A stretch of 64,000 nt of DNA from Octopus sinensis. Its lineage: Eukaryota. Positions 25,340 to 38,576 of the stretch are shown one piece after another. Each line of letters begins with the position of its first letter. Positions within the stretch are counted from its first letter, which is position 1. The notes beneath the pieces are model-generated. The model had not been told where the DNA came from. It saw nothing but the letters and a program-made list of their open reading frames with translations, and made no database searches. The stretch covers positions 18,290,001 to 18,354,000 of the forward strand of contig NC_043017.1 in the NCBI RefSeq assembly GCF_006345805.1, given 5' to 3'. Made by a program: the position numbers and the translations under genes.

Positions 25340-27355
25340 AATTAGACGCAATGAAATGCAGTTCAGCTTTATGCTTGGGAGAAGTACTTAGTTAAGAATA
25401 AACCATTGTACCTGGTATTCTTTGACTTGGAGAAAAACCTTCAACAGGGTACCTTGCTCTGTGACATGGTGGGTTTTGAGGAAGCTTGGGACAGAAGAAT
25501 AGCATGTGAAAGCTGTAGACAGGCGTTGTTAGTAAGGCAAGAGTTAACCATGAGTACAATGAAGAATTTAGTATACAAGTAGGCATACACCTGGGTTAAG
25601 TTCTCAGTCCTTCTCCTATTCCTCATCATCCTCCAGGTCATAGAGAATTTAAGACTTACCACCCCTGGGAACTACTATATGCTTTGATCTCACTCTCACA
25701 GTGGAATCTGTGACAGAATTGGGAAAGAAATTCCCAGTGTAGAATCAAAACCAGAAATCAAAGAGCCTTAAAGTTAACTTAGCAAAGACCAAAGTTCTAG
25801 TAAGCAAGAAAATAGACAAGACTCTACCACCTTCAGGTAAATAGCCTTGCTTGATATGTAGGAAAGGTGTAGGCAGAAATTCCATGCAGTGCAAGCTATG
25901 GACCCACAAGCAGTGCAGTGGAATCACAGAATGGTTAACAGAGAAAGGAGTGTTTGTGTGTGGAAGATGCACAGGAGACATGGGTAACTGATTGTAATCA
26001 AATGCTCTGGAAGCTCTCTAGAGGTTGTAGAGAATTTCCGTTTCTTAGATGACCTACTCAGCAGAGGAGGAGGGTGTTCCAAAAGTGTAATTGCTAGAAT
26101 AAGATGGGAAAAAAATTCAGAGAGCTTTTACCTCTGTTGGCAACCAAAGATCTCTCTCTCTCTGAATGAAAGGAAGATGGTATGATGTTGTGTACAAAAA
26201 GCAATGATAGTGAGGTGCGGGCCCTAAATGCAAAGGACATGCAAAGACTAGAGAGGAACAAAGCTAGTATAGTCATTGCATGGGCAATGTTAGGGCGCAT
26301 GCATAACAAAGTGCTAGTGTATTAAGGGAAAAGTTAGACTTAAGAGGAGTTAGATGTAGTGTACAGGAGAGAAGACTGAGCTGGTTCAGTCATGTGTATG
26401 GATGAGGACGGCTGCAGAAAGAAGTAGTGACCACTTAAAGTGGATGAAACTCAGGGCAGAGGAGGAAATGGAATGAGGTAATGAAAGCCAATCTCAAAAT
26501 GCTGAGCATTATGGAGGAGGTAAGAAAGGAGCGAGATTGCTGTCATTTACACCACTCTTACCTGATATCACTCTCGAAGCCCTCACATATCTACCATAGC
26601 CTCCCTGAGCTACTCCTCGCCTTCCCCATCATTTGTTAATCACATCTGCCCTGTCTCCAACCATTTTTCTTCAGTTACATCCCCCTCTACCTTCCCTTAC
26701 CCAGTCCAAACCTCTGCACCACTTCCCTTCTGTTCCCTCCCCACTGTACCTGAGGGTTTGTCCAAACATTTCCACCACCACATCACTCTCTCTCTCTCTC
26801 GTTTGCTCTATAGTCTGCTTTGGAATGGTTTCTCTGGCTGGACACCCTTCCTAATGCCAACCCCTTTACAGAGTGTACTGGGTGCCTTTTACGCAGTACC
26901 AACTTCAGTGACGTTAAGTAACTTTCAGGGCAAAGGCCCCTTGACTGGGAGAGGTAATCGTAATGAAGGAAGTAGTTTTTGTGCCTCTCTCGCTCTCCTT
27001 TCTTGTCCAAATGGTGTAGCCATGTACTTCCTCTACAGCAAGACATCTATCTCTATTCTTCTATCATACTTTTTAACTTATCAACAGGCACAAAAACCAC
27101 TTCCCTCATTACGATTACCTCTCCCAGTCAAGGGGCCTTTGCCCTGAAAGTTATGTAACCTCACTGAAGCTGGTACTGCATAAAAGGCACCCAGTACACT
27201 CTGTAACGTGGTTAGCATTAGGAAGGGTGTCCAGCCAGAGAAACCATTCCAAAGACTATAGACTTTGGTGTGGTCCACTGGCTGACCAGATCCTGTCAAA
27301 CTGTCCAACTCATGCCAGCATGGAAAACAGACATTAAATGATGATGATGATGATA
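25340..27355 (+). mobile_element. Decayed RTE LINE (RT domain plus 3'UTR with internal inverted duplication)
   Basis: YLVFFDLEK, SPSPIP/VLSPLLFLIIL-like and PWELLYA motifs in broken frames; (GAT)n tail at ~27339-27353. Confidence 0.85.
26807..27262. repeat. ~180-bp inverted repeat with 99-bp spacer
   Basis: 26807-26986 is approximately the reverse complement of 27086-27262; the ORF track gives near-identical peptides on opposite strands. Confidence 0.9.
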
Positions 27356-27757
27356 TATATATATATCAATGTTTGTGCGTTATTGTTCTCCACCACCCCT
27401 TGACAACTGGTACTGGTTTCTTTACATCCCTGTAAATTTCGGGCATGGAAGCACCAACAGCCAAATCTATCTGAGATGCAAGCAGACAATGAAGCCGTCC
27501 TGCATGCAGTCGTTCCGTGTCCACACATTAGTCACGTGAAGGCTTGTGTTGAGGAGCTGTTGTCTCATATAAGGTGGAACTGACTGTTTGCTGAGGCTGT
27601 AGAGGAATGTATAACCCTCCTTTGGCAGAGAAGTCACTGTCACACCACAAGAGGTTTAACAGTGACTTCGAAGTTTAGTAATCTTGTACGCTACGAAAAA
27701 TTACTGAATACTTCTTAAGTTTGTTTATTATAACTTGACATAAAAAACAAACATTAC

Positions 27758-27942
27758 TCTTTTACTTGTTTCAGTCATTTGACTGTGGCCATGCTGGAGC
27801 ACTGCCTTTAGTCGAGCAAATCGACCCCAGGACTTATTCTTTGTAAGCCTAGTACTTATTCTATCGGTCTCTTTTGCCAAACCACTAACTTACGGGGACA
27901 TAAACACACCAGCATCAGTTGTCAAGCAATGTTGGGGGACAA

Positions 27943-27986
<44 letters not shown>

Positions 27987-28149
27987 GACGGGCTTCTTTC
28001 AGTTTCCGTCTACCAAATTCCCTCACAAGGCTTTGGTCGGCCCGAGGCTATAATAGAAGACACTTGCCCAAGGTGCCACGCAGTGGGACTGAACCCATAA
28101 CCATGTGGTTGATAAGCAGGCTACTTACCACACAGCCAATCCTGCACCT
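27758..28149 (-). mobile_element. Near full-length copy of the abundant SINE
   Basis: ctcttttacttgtttcagtcatttgactgtggccatgctggagc...accacacagcc. Confidence 0.9.
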
Positions 28150-29764
28150 ATATATATTCTTACATTAGTAAGAAAATATATTTATATATATATATATATA
28201 TGCAGAGAGAAAAAGGTCGGAGGAGAATCATGAAAAGTTGTTTGTGAACAAAAAATAAAGAACATGTAGAATAAATGTGGTGTAAAAATTGTTTAATTAT
28301 TTCAATACCGAATTTTGTCAAAATTAAAACGTTAATTTTGACTCCTAATGAGTATTTCTCTATTTTGGTAATTACAACTTGAACTTTAATGAAAAATATA
28401 TATCTATAACAGATTTTAATAGACACATACACAATCTTCTGTTTGAGTCACTGGATTGTGGCCATTTGGGGGCACAGCTTTAAAGGATTTAAACAAATCC
28501 ACCCTATCAGTTTCGTTTCTGAAAAGAGTTACGGGGACGTAAACAAACCAACACTGGCTGTCAAATGGTGGAGAGGGACAACCACACACATACACATACG
28601 TATGTATAGCCGGCTTCTTTCAGTTTCTGTCTACACAATCCATTCACAAGGCTTTGGTTGACTCAGGGCTATTGCAGAGGACAACTGCCCAAGGTGTCCC
28701 ACAGTGGGATTGAAATCAGAACCGGGTGGTTGATAAGCAAGCTTCTTAACACAGTAGGCACGCCTGTGTGCAGACCTAATTAAATTTTAATTGCACGACA
28801 ATTAAACGAGTACTTGGAACAACGTGAGCAATAATCCCTCGATTATCGCGGGTATTACGTTACCAACCCCCAACAGGTTAAAATCCGCGAAGTAGAAACA
28901 GTACCGTATATTTTATTAGTATTATTTTTTATGATTTGTATATATTTATTTTATTATAAATGCAAAACAACACCAGAGAGGAATCGACGTAAGTTTAAAT
29001 AAACCGCGTTAGGCGAACAGCGATATGGTGAGGGACTGTTATATATTCTTGCTTATCCAACTGGGTAACTGTGACGATGACCGTATTACCGTCCGAGATC
29101 GATTAGATTTGTAGTCAACAGATTGTGGCAGGTCACGAAGTGCATAAATAAATGGCCATTTTCTTAATTGTTCTTCGTTCATCCAGTTCTCCGAGACATC
29201 ACCATCATTCAAACTTCATCATTACGCAAGGTAAAGAATACTTCAGAAAAGTTTTGCCAAGTTGTGTTCTACACACGGGAATTTATACGATTATGAAGAA
29301 AAAAAAAGTTGGTGTGGATTTTAAGGAGATTTAGCTGTTATTTCGCACAACTCGTACATATGTAGCGTATACATATGTATATATGTGCATATATATATAT
29401 ATATATGCATGTGAGATGTGTATGTATGTGTGTATATATACTTTCCTCTCTCTCACTCAGTGCGAGACGTTCGCTTATTGTGACCACTTTAGGTTAAAAG
29501 TCTTGAACCGGTTGATAACATTAAGCAAAAGATAATACAAATACACTGAGCGTGCTTGAGAACACTAAATATGATAACAGAAGCATCACTAGTGATTATA
29601 ATAAGCAGCTTCTACTGATACACACACACACACACACATATATATCTCAGAAATTTACGGAGTTTTTTTAAAAATCTACCCCACTTAAAATAACGGTTTT
29701 CAAAAATACTCACAGTTCGGGTACACCTCCTGTTTTCTCTAACTTCACACACTGGAGAGTGGTT

Positions 29765-29785
29765 TGTTTACGTTGGCTTAGCAAC
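29765..29785. promoter_or_regulatory. Adjacent forkhead (TGTTTAC) and RFX X-box-like (GTTGGCTTAGCAAC) sites; candidate ODF2 promoter
   Basis: TGTTTAC at 29765-29771 abuts the X-box-like 14-mer at 29772-29785; minus-strand donor act|GTGAGT at 29714/29713. Confidence 0.45.
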
Positions 29786-31559
29786 GACAGGTGCTCTCTG
29801 GGGCTGTAATACAGAGGGAGAGAGAGACAACGCGATGGTGGGATAATGGCCAGTATGTATGTAGGGTGGATGAGGGTAACCATACGGACATCTCCGACCG
29901 GAAGGGACTTCTCCCCCCTATACCCCCTCTGTGGCTGCTCGACCTACTAGAAATAGCAGCAAAGACTTCCACAACTAACGTTTTAAAGGGAAGGAGGGGA
30001 TATGCAGTCCTTGATGCACTATGTCTAATTAAAAGGCAGTGTTGTCACGGCGGGAACGACTTTGGTAGTAGGTCTACGTATTGAGCACTAACATCTCTTT
30101 CGTAAAACGTTTTGTGGGCATCCGAATCGCTAGCAACAGCAAAAGAATTTTCCTTGAACCACATCTTATCTTTAAAGAGGACAAATAAGCTAATGTAATC
30201 CTATATATACTGCGGAAGAAGAATATTGACGTGATGGTCACGAGTAGAACATCTTTATATTGTTGTCAGACTTGACCTGTTGCTTCGACAACAACACGAC
30301 GGGTCGTGATAATATAAAGAAAACAATCCTTTAAAATTGGGTCTTATAACTAAATCAGAAATAACCGGGAGGCGGGCGATTAATTAATTAATTAATTAAT
30401 TAAATAAAAGTCTCCTGGATCTTTTAAAATTCTTTCAATCACTTGAAGTATATCAAATTCTCAGTTTTTTTTTTTGTTTTTTTTTCAAATTTTATACACG
30501 GATAACACTGCAGGTTGATAACATTAAACGAAGGATACAATACACCGAACATGCCTGGAGTACTAAATTTGATAACAATAGCATTACTAATGCTTATTAC
30601 TAACAGCCTCCACATACAACACCCGTGTGTGTCTTTGTATCTGTGTTTATCTCTACACACCGCTCGACATCCAGTATTGGTTTGTTTACGTTCCCGTAAT
30701 ATAGCGGTTATTCGATAGAATAAACACCCGACTTTAAAATAAAACAAGTACTGATTCATTCGACTAAAACCCTCGGAGGTGGTGCCCCAGCATAGCCACA
30801 GTCCAATGACAAACAAAAAAACACGATATTTTGTAATAGTTATTAATTTTCAGTGATGTTACTAGTGTGTGTGCGCACGTGGCCCACCGCGCACGGGAAT
30901 AGCCCTTTATTTTTCCGCCGTCCCATCACCGAGCCCCCAATCTTCTACAGTACCGTTCCCATAAAATTGTCACTCGAAACGGAATCGCTCCTCACTACGG
31001 CTACACTATTGTTAGTTTCCGAGTTAGCGAAAACAATATGAATTTATGCAAGAGCGTAGCTAGAGTGTGCCGCCAGAGGCAGCCTTTCCGTTTGCCACCC
31101 ACCAGATTCCACAAAAAAAACAAAAACAAAACAAACATTGCCTACAGCGGACCTAAAAGTGCCGCCCCAATAACCCAACCAGCTATGCGAGTGAATTTAC
31201 GAATGGATACCTCAGTATCGTAGGATGACACTGTACACACACACACACACACTTATGGTACAAACCTATACACACTTATACCCGTGTGTGGAGAGAGAGA
31301 GAAAGAGAAATAAAAACATTAAATATAGTGGAAACAACGTTTTTTTCACTTGCGGCACACCTTAACTAAAAATATAACAAAGTATAGGGAGAAAATATTC
31401 AGGTTACACTGCGGCACACCTAGCATCGTCTCGTGGGACACCAGTGTGCCGCGGCATACCGGTTGCAGAGCATTGATATAGATCAATATACAGACTTACG
31501 GAGATGTACATGCATAGCAAGTGATTTGATCTGGGATCGTGTGCTGAAACGAAAACAAT

Positions 31560-31756
31560 TGCAGCGTGGAAGGTGTTTGTAAGCCATTTAAGAAACACAC
31601 AAAAGCCGTTCGATTCACTTGCACGGATTTTTGTCAGTGAACAGGTTGCGGTCTTAAAGCGACGAAAATATTTTGACAAATTAAACTAAATGTTGAAGTG
31701 AATCGAACGGCTTTTGTGTGTTTCTTAAATGGCTTACAAACGCCTTCCACGCTGCA
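31560..31756. repeat. 61-bp inverted repeat (1 mismatch) with 75-bp spacer, formed within a repeat family also seen at ~20160-20360
   Basis: 31560-31620 versus 31696-31756. Confidence 0.9.
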
Positions 31757-31758
31757 TT

Positions 31759-31980
31759 ATACAGACTGCGACAGAAAAACCTCCCACATTTTACACAGCC
31801 ATTTTGGTGTGACACTAATGAAAGCAAACCTGTGGAAATGGTGTCTTCCTGTAGCTGATGTTTTACCATTTATTTTAGAGTTACTATCATTGTTTCCATT
31901 GATGTAGAATGTGCGTTTGCAGTTCAAATATTTATCAAGAATGATTCTAAGTGGGTTTTTTTGTTTGTCGCACCCTGTAT
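31759..31980. mobile_element. Tc1/mariner-type MITE
   Basis: tacagactgcgacaga ... tgtcgcaccctgta degenerate TIRs with TA at the ends. Confidence 0.55.
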
Positions 31981-34049
31981 AATAGATACAACAGTTAATC
32001 AGAAATCGGATGCACTTACAGAAGCGATAAACATTCTTGTGATCCAATGGTCCTTAAACTGTCAGCTTTGGTTGAATTTGAAAATATTAATGAGGTTAAA
32101 GATTCAAGAGCAATGGCGCGTAGCCCAGTGGTTAGGAAATTGCACTCGCGATCGCCAGATTGTGGTTTTGATTCTCGGACCGGACGGTGCGTTGTCATCT
32201 TGAGCAAAACACCCCATTTCACGTCCATTCAGCTATGAATGACCCTGCGATGGAGTGGAGTCTTGTTCAAGGGGAATAGTGTGATCTCGGTCATTTATAC
32301 GCCTTGGAAACTGAATCGCTGGGCCCTATGAGTTCTGAAACTCAAGACAGTACTTTGATATAAACCCAACCGATTCCAGTTCAACACAATTAGGAAAAGC
32401 AAGCAAGGATAAGGATGACGTTGAAAGATATGAAACCAAGCTGGATTGTTAAAAATAAAAATTTTAAAAATGTCCTGCAGTGAGTTGCTAAGTTGATGCT
32501 TCTAAAACGATGCGCTTCAGTAGATTCAAGGGTCTTCATCCATTAGTAAAAACCAAGGTGTTGAATCGTTTCGACCACAACAGAAAATATCTACAAACAT
32601 TGTCTGGCTCAAGTTAATGGAGATTCACTTCAAAGTTTTATAATTCCCATCCAGAACAGAAAATATATAGTTTTGTGGTCGACATTTTCGGGGCGAATAA
32701 AAAAGTAGGTATTAAGGAACCATTCACCAAGACTTCTAATTGCGAAAGCACGCAGTTGGGCAAAAGAATTTTTCGATTCTCCACCAAAGGTCCTATTTTA
32801 AATCAGTGCTGTTTCTGTATGTAAGGGCCGACAAAATACTTTGGGGAAGGAAATTGTCTAGCATCCATGGTTGATGTTCACGTGAAGTAAGTTTCTGAAA
32901 TTAAGCTCTTCCTGTTTATTTTGGCGTCCGTTTTATAATTAACGACAATACAATAGATTTCCATAAGGAGACACGAACATGATGGGCAAGGGTGAAGCAA
33001 CGACAGAAATAAATTTCTTGCATCGACACACGAATATATCAAGGAATGGATAATGGACGAGATGCAGAATGCAGTCTTTACATCGCGATATTCAGAAGAA
33101 GTTTCTATCATGGCGTCACTAATCAAGGAGAAGAAATAACTCAAAAAGCAGTATCGTAGCAAGGAATATTATCAGTGAAGTTAATGGAAGTCTACCGATA
33201 GTAAATGGAGTATCAGTGATTTTTACCATGAGATTTTAATTTCTGCTTAGATGGGATTTGTTCAAAGCTCCGACGCCATTTTTTGATAGAAAACCGCAAC
33301 GTTACGAATAGCTTTTACTATTTTAATGAAAAACAAACAAAAAAAAAACCAGAAGTGAACAGCTTGACCCCGATGGTCTTAAATTAATGGTAGAAGTAGA
33401 GAGATATAGTGACTGATATGTTAGATAATCTGAAGCCAAAGTACCGCGTGGACCAGAAGTCCTGGAGTTACTTGAGCATTAACATCCCTGTAGAGATGCC
33501 GTTTGCAATCTCCAAATTGTTGTATAACTGCCTGCGAATAGTGCAAGCTGAGAAATGTGGGGTTTTTTTTTTATTAACTGTGGACGATCAAGACTTTTCT
33601 GCAGAATTGCCAGGTAGACAACAGGCTGGATAGTTTAGATACACTTTCCGTGAAGAGACGGAGTACCAGAAAACCCGAATGGTAAAAATATCGTTCTTAG
33701 TTTCACTGAAAAACCTCGAAAGAAGAACTACCGCCATATTTTTCTTTTTAGTTCATTAATGAAATAAAATCGTAAATTAGCAGAGTGGTGGTGTAGCAGG
33801 TAAAATGCCATCAAGGCGGCGAGCTGGCAGAAACGTTAGCACGCCGGGCGAAATGCTTAGCGGTATTTCGTCTGCGTTACGTTGAGTTCAAATTCCGCCG
33901 AGGTCGACTTTGTCTTTCATCCTTTCGGGGTCGATTAAATAAATACCAGTTACGCACTGGGGTCGATCTAATCGACTTAATCCCTATGTCTGTCCTTGTT
34001 TGTTCCCTCTGGGTTTAGCCCCTTGTGGGTAATAAAGAAATAGGTAAAA

Positions 34050-35130
34050 TGCCATATGGTATTCATTCCGGCTCTACCACCCAGGTTAACTTTGCCTTGA
34101 GGAGTCCAATAATCCTTCTTCTCTAAGCGGCCACAATCGAATGCTGCTCCAACAATCCGCCCAACCATTAACGTTGGTAGATCTTAAGATTTTGTACTGT
34201 AAGTGTCTACCAATAACATCAATGCAATTGAACGATCTTCGTCTTCTGTTAGAGTTTGGAAACGTCCAAAATACGACACCTGGTTTGGCCTGTAGTTCAA
34301 TCAACACCAGTGGTTAGCAACGCATTCTCTGCATGGAGTAAGACGGATGGAATGTGTCCATAAATCTCCTCTTTGGTCTTGCGCTCACGCCGTGTGATGC
34401 TTTTCAATCCTCATAAGAAGTAGGTGTGCATACCATCAAGACGATCTTCATGTTCGCTGGCAGAAACGTTAGCACGCAAGGCGAAATGCTTAGCCGTATT
34501 TCGTCTGCCGTTACGTTCTGAGTTCAAATTCCGCCGAGGTCGACTTTGCCTTTCATCCTTTCGTGGTCGATAAATTAAGTACCAGTTACGCACTGGGGTC
34601 GATGTAATCGACTTAATCCGTTTGTCTGTCCTTGTTTGTCCCCTCTGTGTTTAGCCCCTTGTGGGCAGTAAAGAAATAGATCTTTATGTTCCAGTTTTCG
34701 GCTCCATACAGAAGAATTTACTCTACGCACACCCTGAAGAAGACTAGACTTGCTGACTTTAAAATATTCGAGTGCCAGATGTTTTGAAGTTTGTTCGAAG
34801 TAATCCAAAGTTGCCCCTTGTATGTGAGGAAGTTTTTCGTCGATAATTGATGGATCCTCGATCACGTATTGGCATCGAATGTTTAATTCTCAAGAGTCGA
34901 CTATGTTGCACGGTAAGAGGGAACCGTTCAACATTAAATTTTGTTCCCCAAAAAGCGTGAGCGAGGAAAGAAAAAATATTCAAACGATACGGTTTCGAAA
35001 AATAAAGCTTTTTTATGCGTGCGCGGGTGATGAGGGGTAGGGAGGTGAATATCGATCTGTTATATGTGCTACCAAGATTCAGATCCCATCTGTGGATCCT
35101 TGGTCGCACCTGGGTGATTCCCACCCCTAT
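34050..35130 (-). mobile_element. RTEX-like LINE C-terminal remnant split by a SINE
   Basis: KGQLWITSNKLQNIWHSN...FFRVCVE*ILLYGAENW, then EHEDRLDGMHT...KTKEEIYGHIP. Confidence 0.65.
34456..34678 (+). mobile_element. Meta-like SINE with 13-bp TSD
   Basis: gatcttcatgttc (34443-34455) and gatctttatgttc (34679-34691) flank it; other copies at 33808-34045 and, in tandem, 39300-39710 (minus). Confidence 0.85.
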
Positions 35131-35479
35131 AGGGACTTGTTAATTTTCTGGTTCTTTACACGAGTAGATGTAAACCAACGCTGCCATTTGTATTTTGTAT
35201 GGTGCTAAAGGTTTCCTTTTTTCAGCCCTTGTGGCCAATAAAGAAATTATTATTATTATTATTTACATAGCACAAAACGTGTCTAAATTAAAAATAGAAA
35301 CATGAAAATTGTCCCAGACTAAAATGACTAACATATTTACATAGCATTTGTAACCGGGTGGATGTCGGCGTCTTCATAGTGCAGGCGAGTGCTTATAATG
35401 CGCCTTTGCGATACAACACATACTTAGACAGAAGGTGTGTGAGCATATATATATGTGTGTGTGTGTGTGTATACATACA

Positions 35480-36922
35480 CACATATATACAAGTTATATA
35501 TCACGATATATACATATACACACACATACAAGTTATATATCACGATATATACATATACACACACATACAAGTTATATATCACGATATATACATATACACA
35601 CACATACAAGTTATATATCACGATATATACATATACACACACATACAAGTTATATATCACGATACATACATATATATACACACGATACATACATATATAT
35701 ACACACGATACATATATATATATATATATACACACACAAGTTATATAACACGATATATACATATACACACAAGTTATATAACACGATATATATATACATA
35801 CACATGCGCACACAAATGTACATAAAAGATATACACAAATATACATATATACACAAACATATATACATACAGGTAAACATTCAAATAAGCATACACATAC
35901 GCGTGTGTATATGTGCAGGTACATATACACACACGTAAACATACACACAAATGTATACATATGTACAAATATGCGTGTATGTATGTGTCTATATATAATC
36001 ACACATCAAAGAGTGTGTGTGTGTGTATATATAGTCACACATATACGGATTGTGTGTATGTGTGTGGATTTATATATAAAATCACACACACCAAGGATGT
36101 GCGTGTTTATAATTATAACATATACGCACATAAAAGATATCACAAATATACATATATACACAAACATATATACATACAAGTAAACATGCAAATAAACATA
36201 CACAATGTGTGTATATGTGCAGGTACATATACACACACGTAAACAGACATACACACAAATGTACATATGTACAAATATACGTGTATGTATGTGTCTATAT
36301 ATAATCACACATCAAAGAGTGTGTGTGTATATATAGTCACACATATACGGATTGTGTGTATGTGTGTGGATTTATATATAAAATCACACACACCAAAGGA
36401 TGTGCGTGTTTATAATATATACACATATACATGCGCACATAAAAGATATACACAAATATACATATATACACAAACATATATACATACAAGTAAACATGCA
36501 AATAAACATACACAATGTGTGTATATGTGCAGGTACATATACACACACGTAAACATACATACACACAAATGTATACATATGTACAAATATACGTGTATGT
36601 ATGTGTCTATATATAATCACACACCAAAGGGTGTGTATATATATATAGTCACACATATACAGATTGTGTGTATGTCTGTGTGGATATATTTATATATAAA
36701 ATCACTCTCATCAAAGGATGTGCGTGTTTATAATATATACACATATACATGCGCACATATAAGATATACACAAATATACATATATACACAAACATATATA
36801 CATACAAGTAAACATGCAAATAAACAAACACAAATGTGTGTATATGTGCAGGTACATATACACACACGTAAACATACAAACAAATGTACACACATGTACA
36901 AATGTGTGTGAATGTGTATGTA

Positions 36923-36970
<48 letters not shown>

Positions 36971-36992
36971 TATATGTATATATATATGTATG

Positions 36993-37026
<34 letters not shown>

Positions 37027-37160
37027 AATCACACACCAAAGGGGGTGTGTATATACATAGTCACACATACATAAGCAAATGTGTGTGTGGATATATTTAT
37101 ATTATGTATATAAAATCAGACACACCAAGGGCTGTGCGTGTTTATAATATATACACACAT
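35480..37160. repeat. Two-tier tandem array: 39-bp units followed by ~310-bp units
   Basis: 39-bp unit (catacaagttatatatcacgatatatacatatacacaca) at ~35480-35800; anchor cataaaagatat recurs at 35821, 36129, 36438 and (variant) 36756. Confidence 0.9.
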
Positions 37161-38327
37161 ACACATTGGGTGGGGGCAAAAGTCACGCGAATTTAATTAC
37201 TCATTTTAAACAATTAAAAATAAAATGGTTAATGAAACGATATCTCTTTACCAAGATAGCATTTCTGAGACGGACAAAGGGGTAGCTTTTGATATTCTGG
37301 GACCATGAAAGGAAATGGAATTAACCCAAGAAAATGGTCGCTAAAAAAAATGGCAGAAAATATGTTGGGTTGCGAACACGGTTCGACAGTCTTATCCATA
37401 GTTTATATCCTCACCATCAACAGCAATTTTACCAAGAACGAGGAAAAAGATCATAATCAAATGAAATAAAATCGTTTCGTCCCCGGCTTGTCAAGACGAT
37501 TTGAACTCTCAGAATGGAGGCCTTTAAGAATTGTAATAAAAATGTAACCCGATCGTTACACAATTGTTGTGTAATAATAAAAATTTACAGTGGTTCAAGG
37601 ACCGAGAGCTGGCACTTATCAAACAGGTTTCAAATTAAAAGGATATCATTGATATCCCGACGATAATGACATTTCTCCGAATTGTTCCACCATTGTCACC
37701 GGTACACGAAATGTAATCGGATGGCTTTAAAACGGGTTCGATAAGTGCCAATACACGAAACTCTCTTTCCTTGAGTCATTGTGCAGTATGTACAGTTTAA
37801 TAATAATATAATAATAAAGCATAGTCGTTTTGAATTCTAGTTTCCTATTTGTATAATCAAACCTATGCTGTTTATTTCATCCATTCTGGCCATGTTCTGG
37901 AATTCTGAGATGTAAGAAATGACAGCTTGAGTTAGTACACGAAAGAGTGCAGTTGGTTTGAAGCAATGGCTAGGAAATAACGCCTTGTGATTATTAATAT
38001 AAAATTATGTTTTATCAGCTTCTAAAATCAATGTCCAGCACGACATGACGTATTGCTAATCTCTCGAATTTGGACAGCAGGCGACGGTAGAGATTGCAAA
38101 GTTAATAACATTCATTTTAAGTTCAGTATTTCAAATTTCTGTCACATTTGTCATTTTAGACTTTGAACATTGAATATCTATTTTAAGATAAACAACAATT
38201 GGGTTGGGTCAGCCTACACACAAAGTAAACTATTGTATGTAATAAAACTCAAGTTTGAAAATACTTTTATGTCATGCGTTGTACTGCAGCGTACCTTAAT
38301 AAGATTGTACTTTTGGATTAAATGTCA

Positions 38328-38576
38328 TTATGTAAGAAGCCGTCGGCGCCTCCTCTGTCGTAGCAGTGGAAATGTGTTAAATGTTTTGCTAACAACGTTA
38401 TCTAGAGGGCTGTTCAATTTAACCCCAAAATTATTACGATACTGTACCCTGGTCCTTTTACAGTCACCTTCGGCAAGTTTCAACTTCACCAGCATATACC
38501 ACAGTCCAATGTATGCAACTACTACGGAGGCTATTATTAAACAGATTACATTCACAAAAAGTTCATTGAAAGCCAT
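38328..38576 (-). CDS. Candidate 82-aa single-pass membrane microprotein
   Basis: gaagATGG start; MAFNELFVNVICLIIASVVVAYIGLWYMLVKLKLAEGDCKRTRVQYRNNFGVKLNSPLDNVVSKTFNTFPLLRQRRRRRLLT*; upstream acceptor ttccggttttcacag (exon from 38690); no repeat similarity recognised. Confidence 0.5.
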   Translation of the reverse strand: MAFNELFVNVICLIIASVVVAYIGLWYMLVKLKLAEGDCKRTRVQYRNNFGVKLNSPLDNVVSKTFNTFPLLRQRRRRRLLT

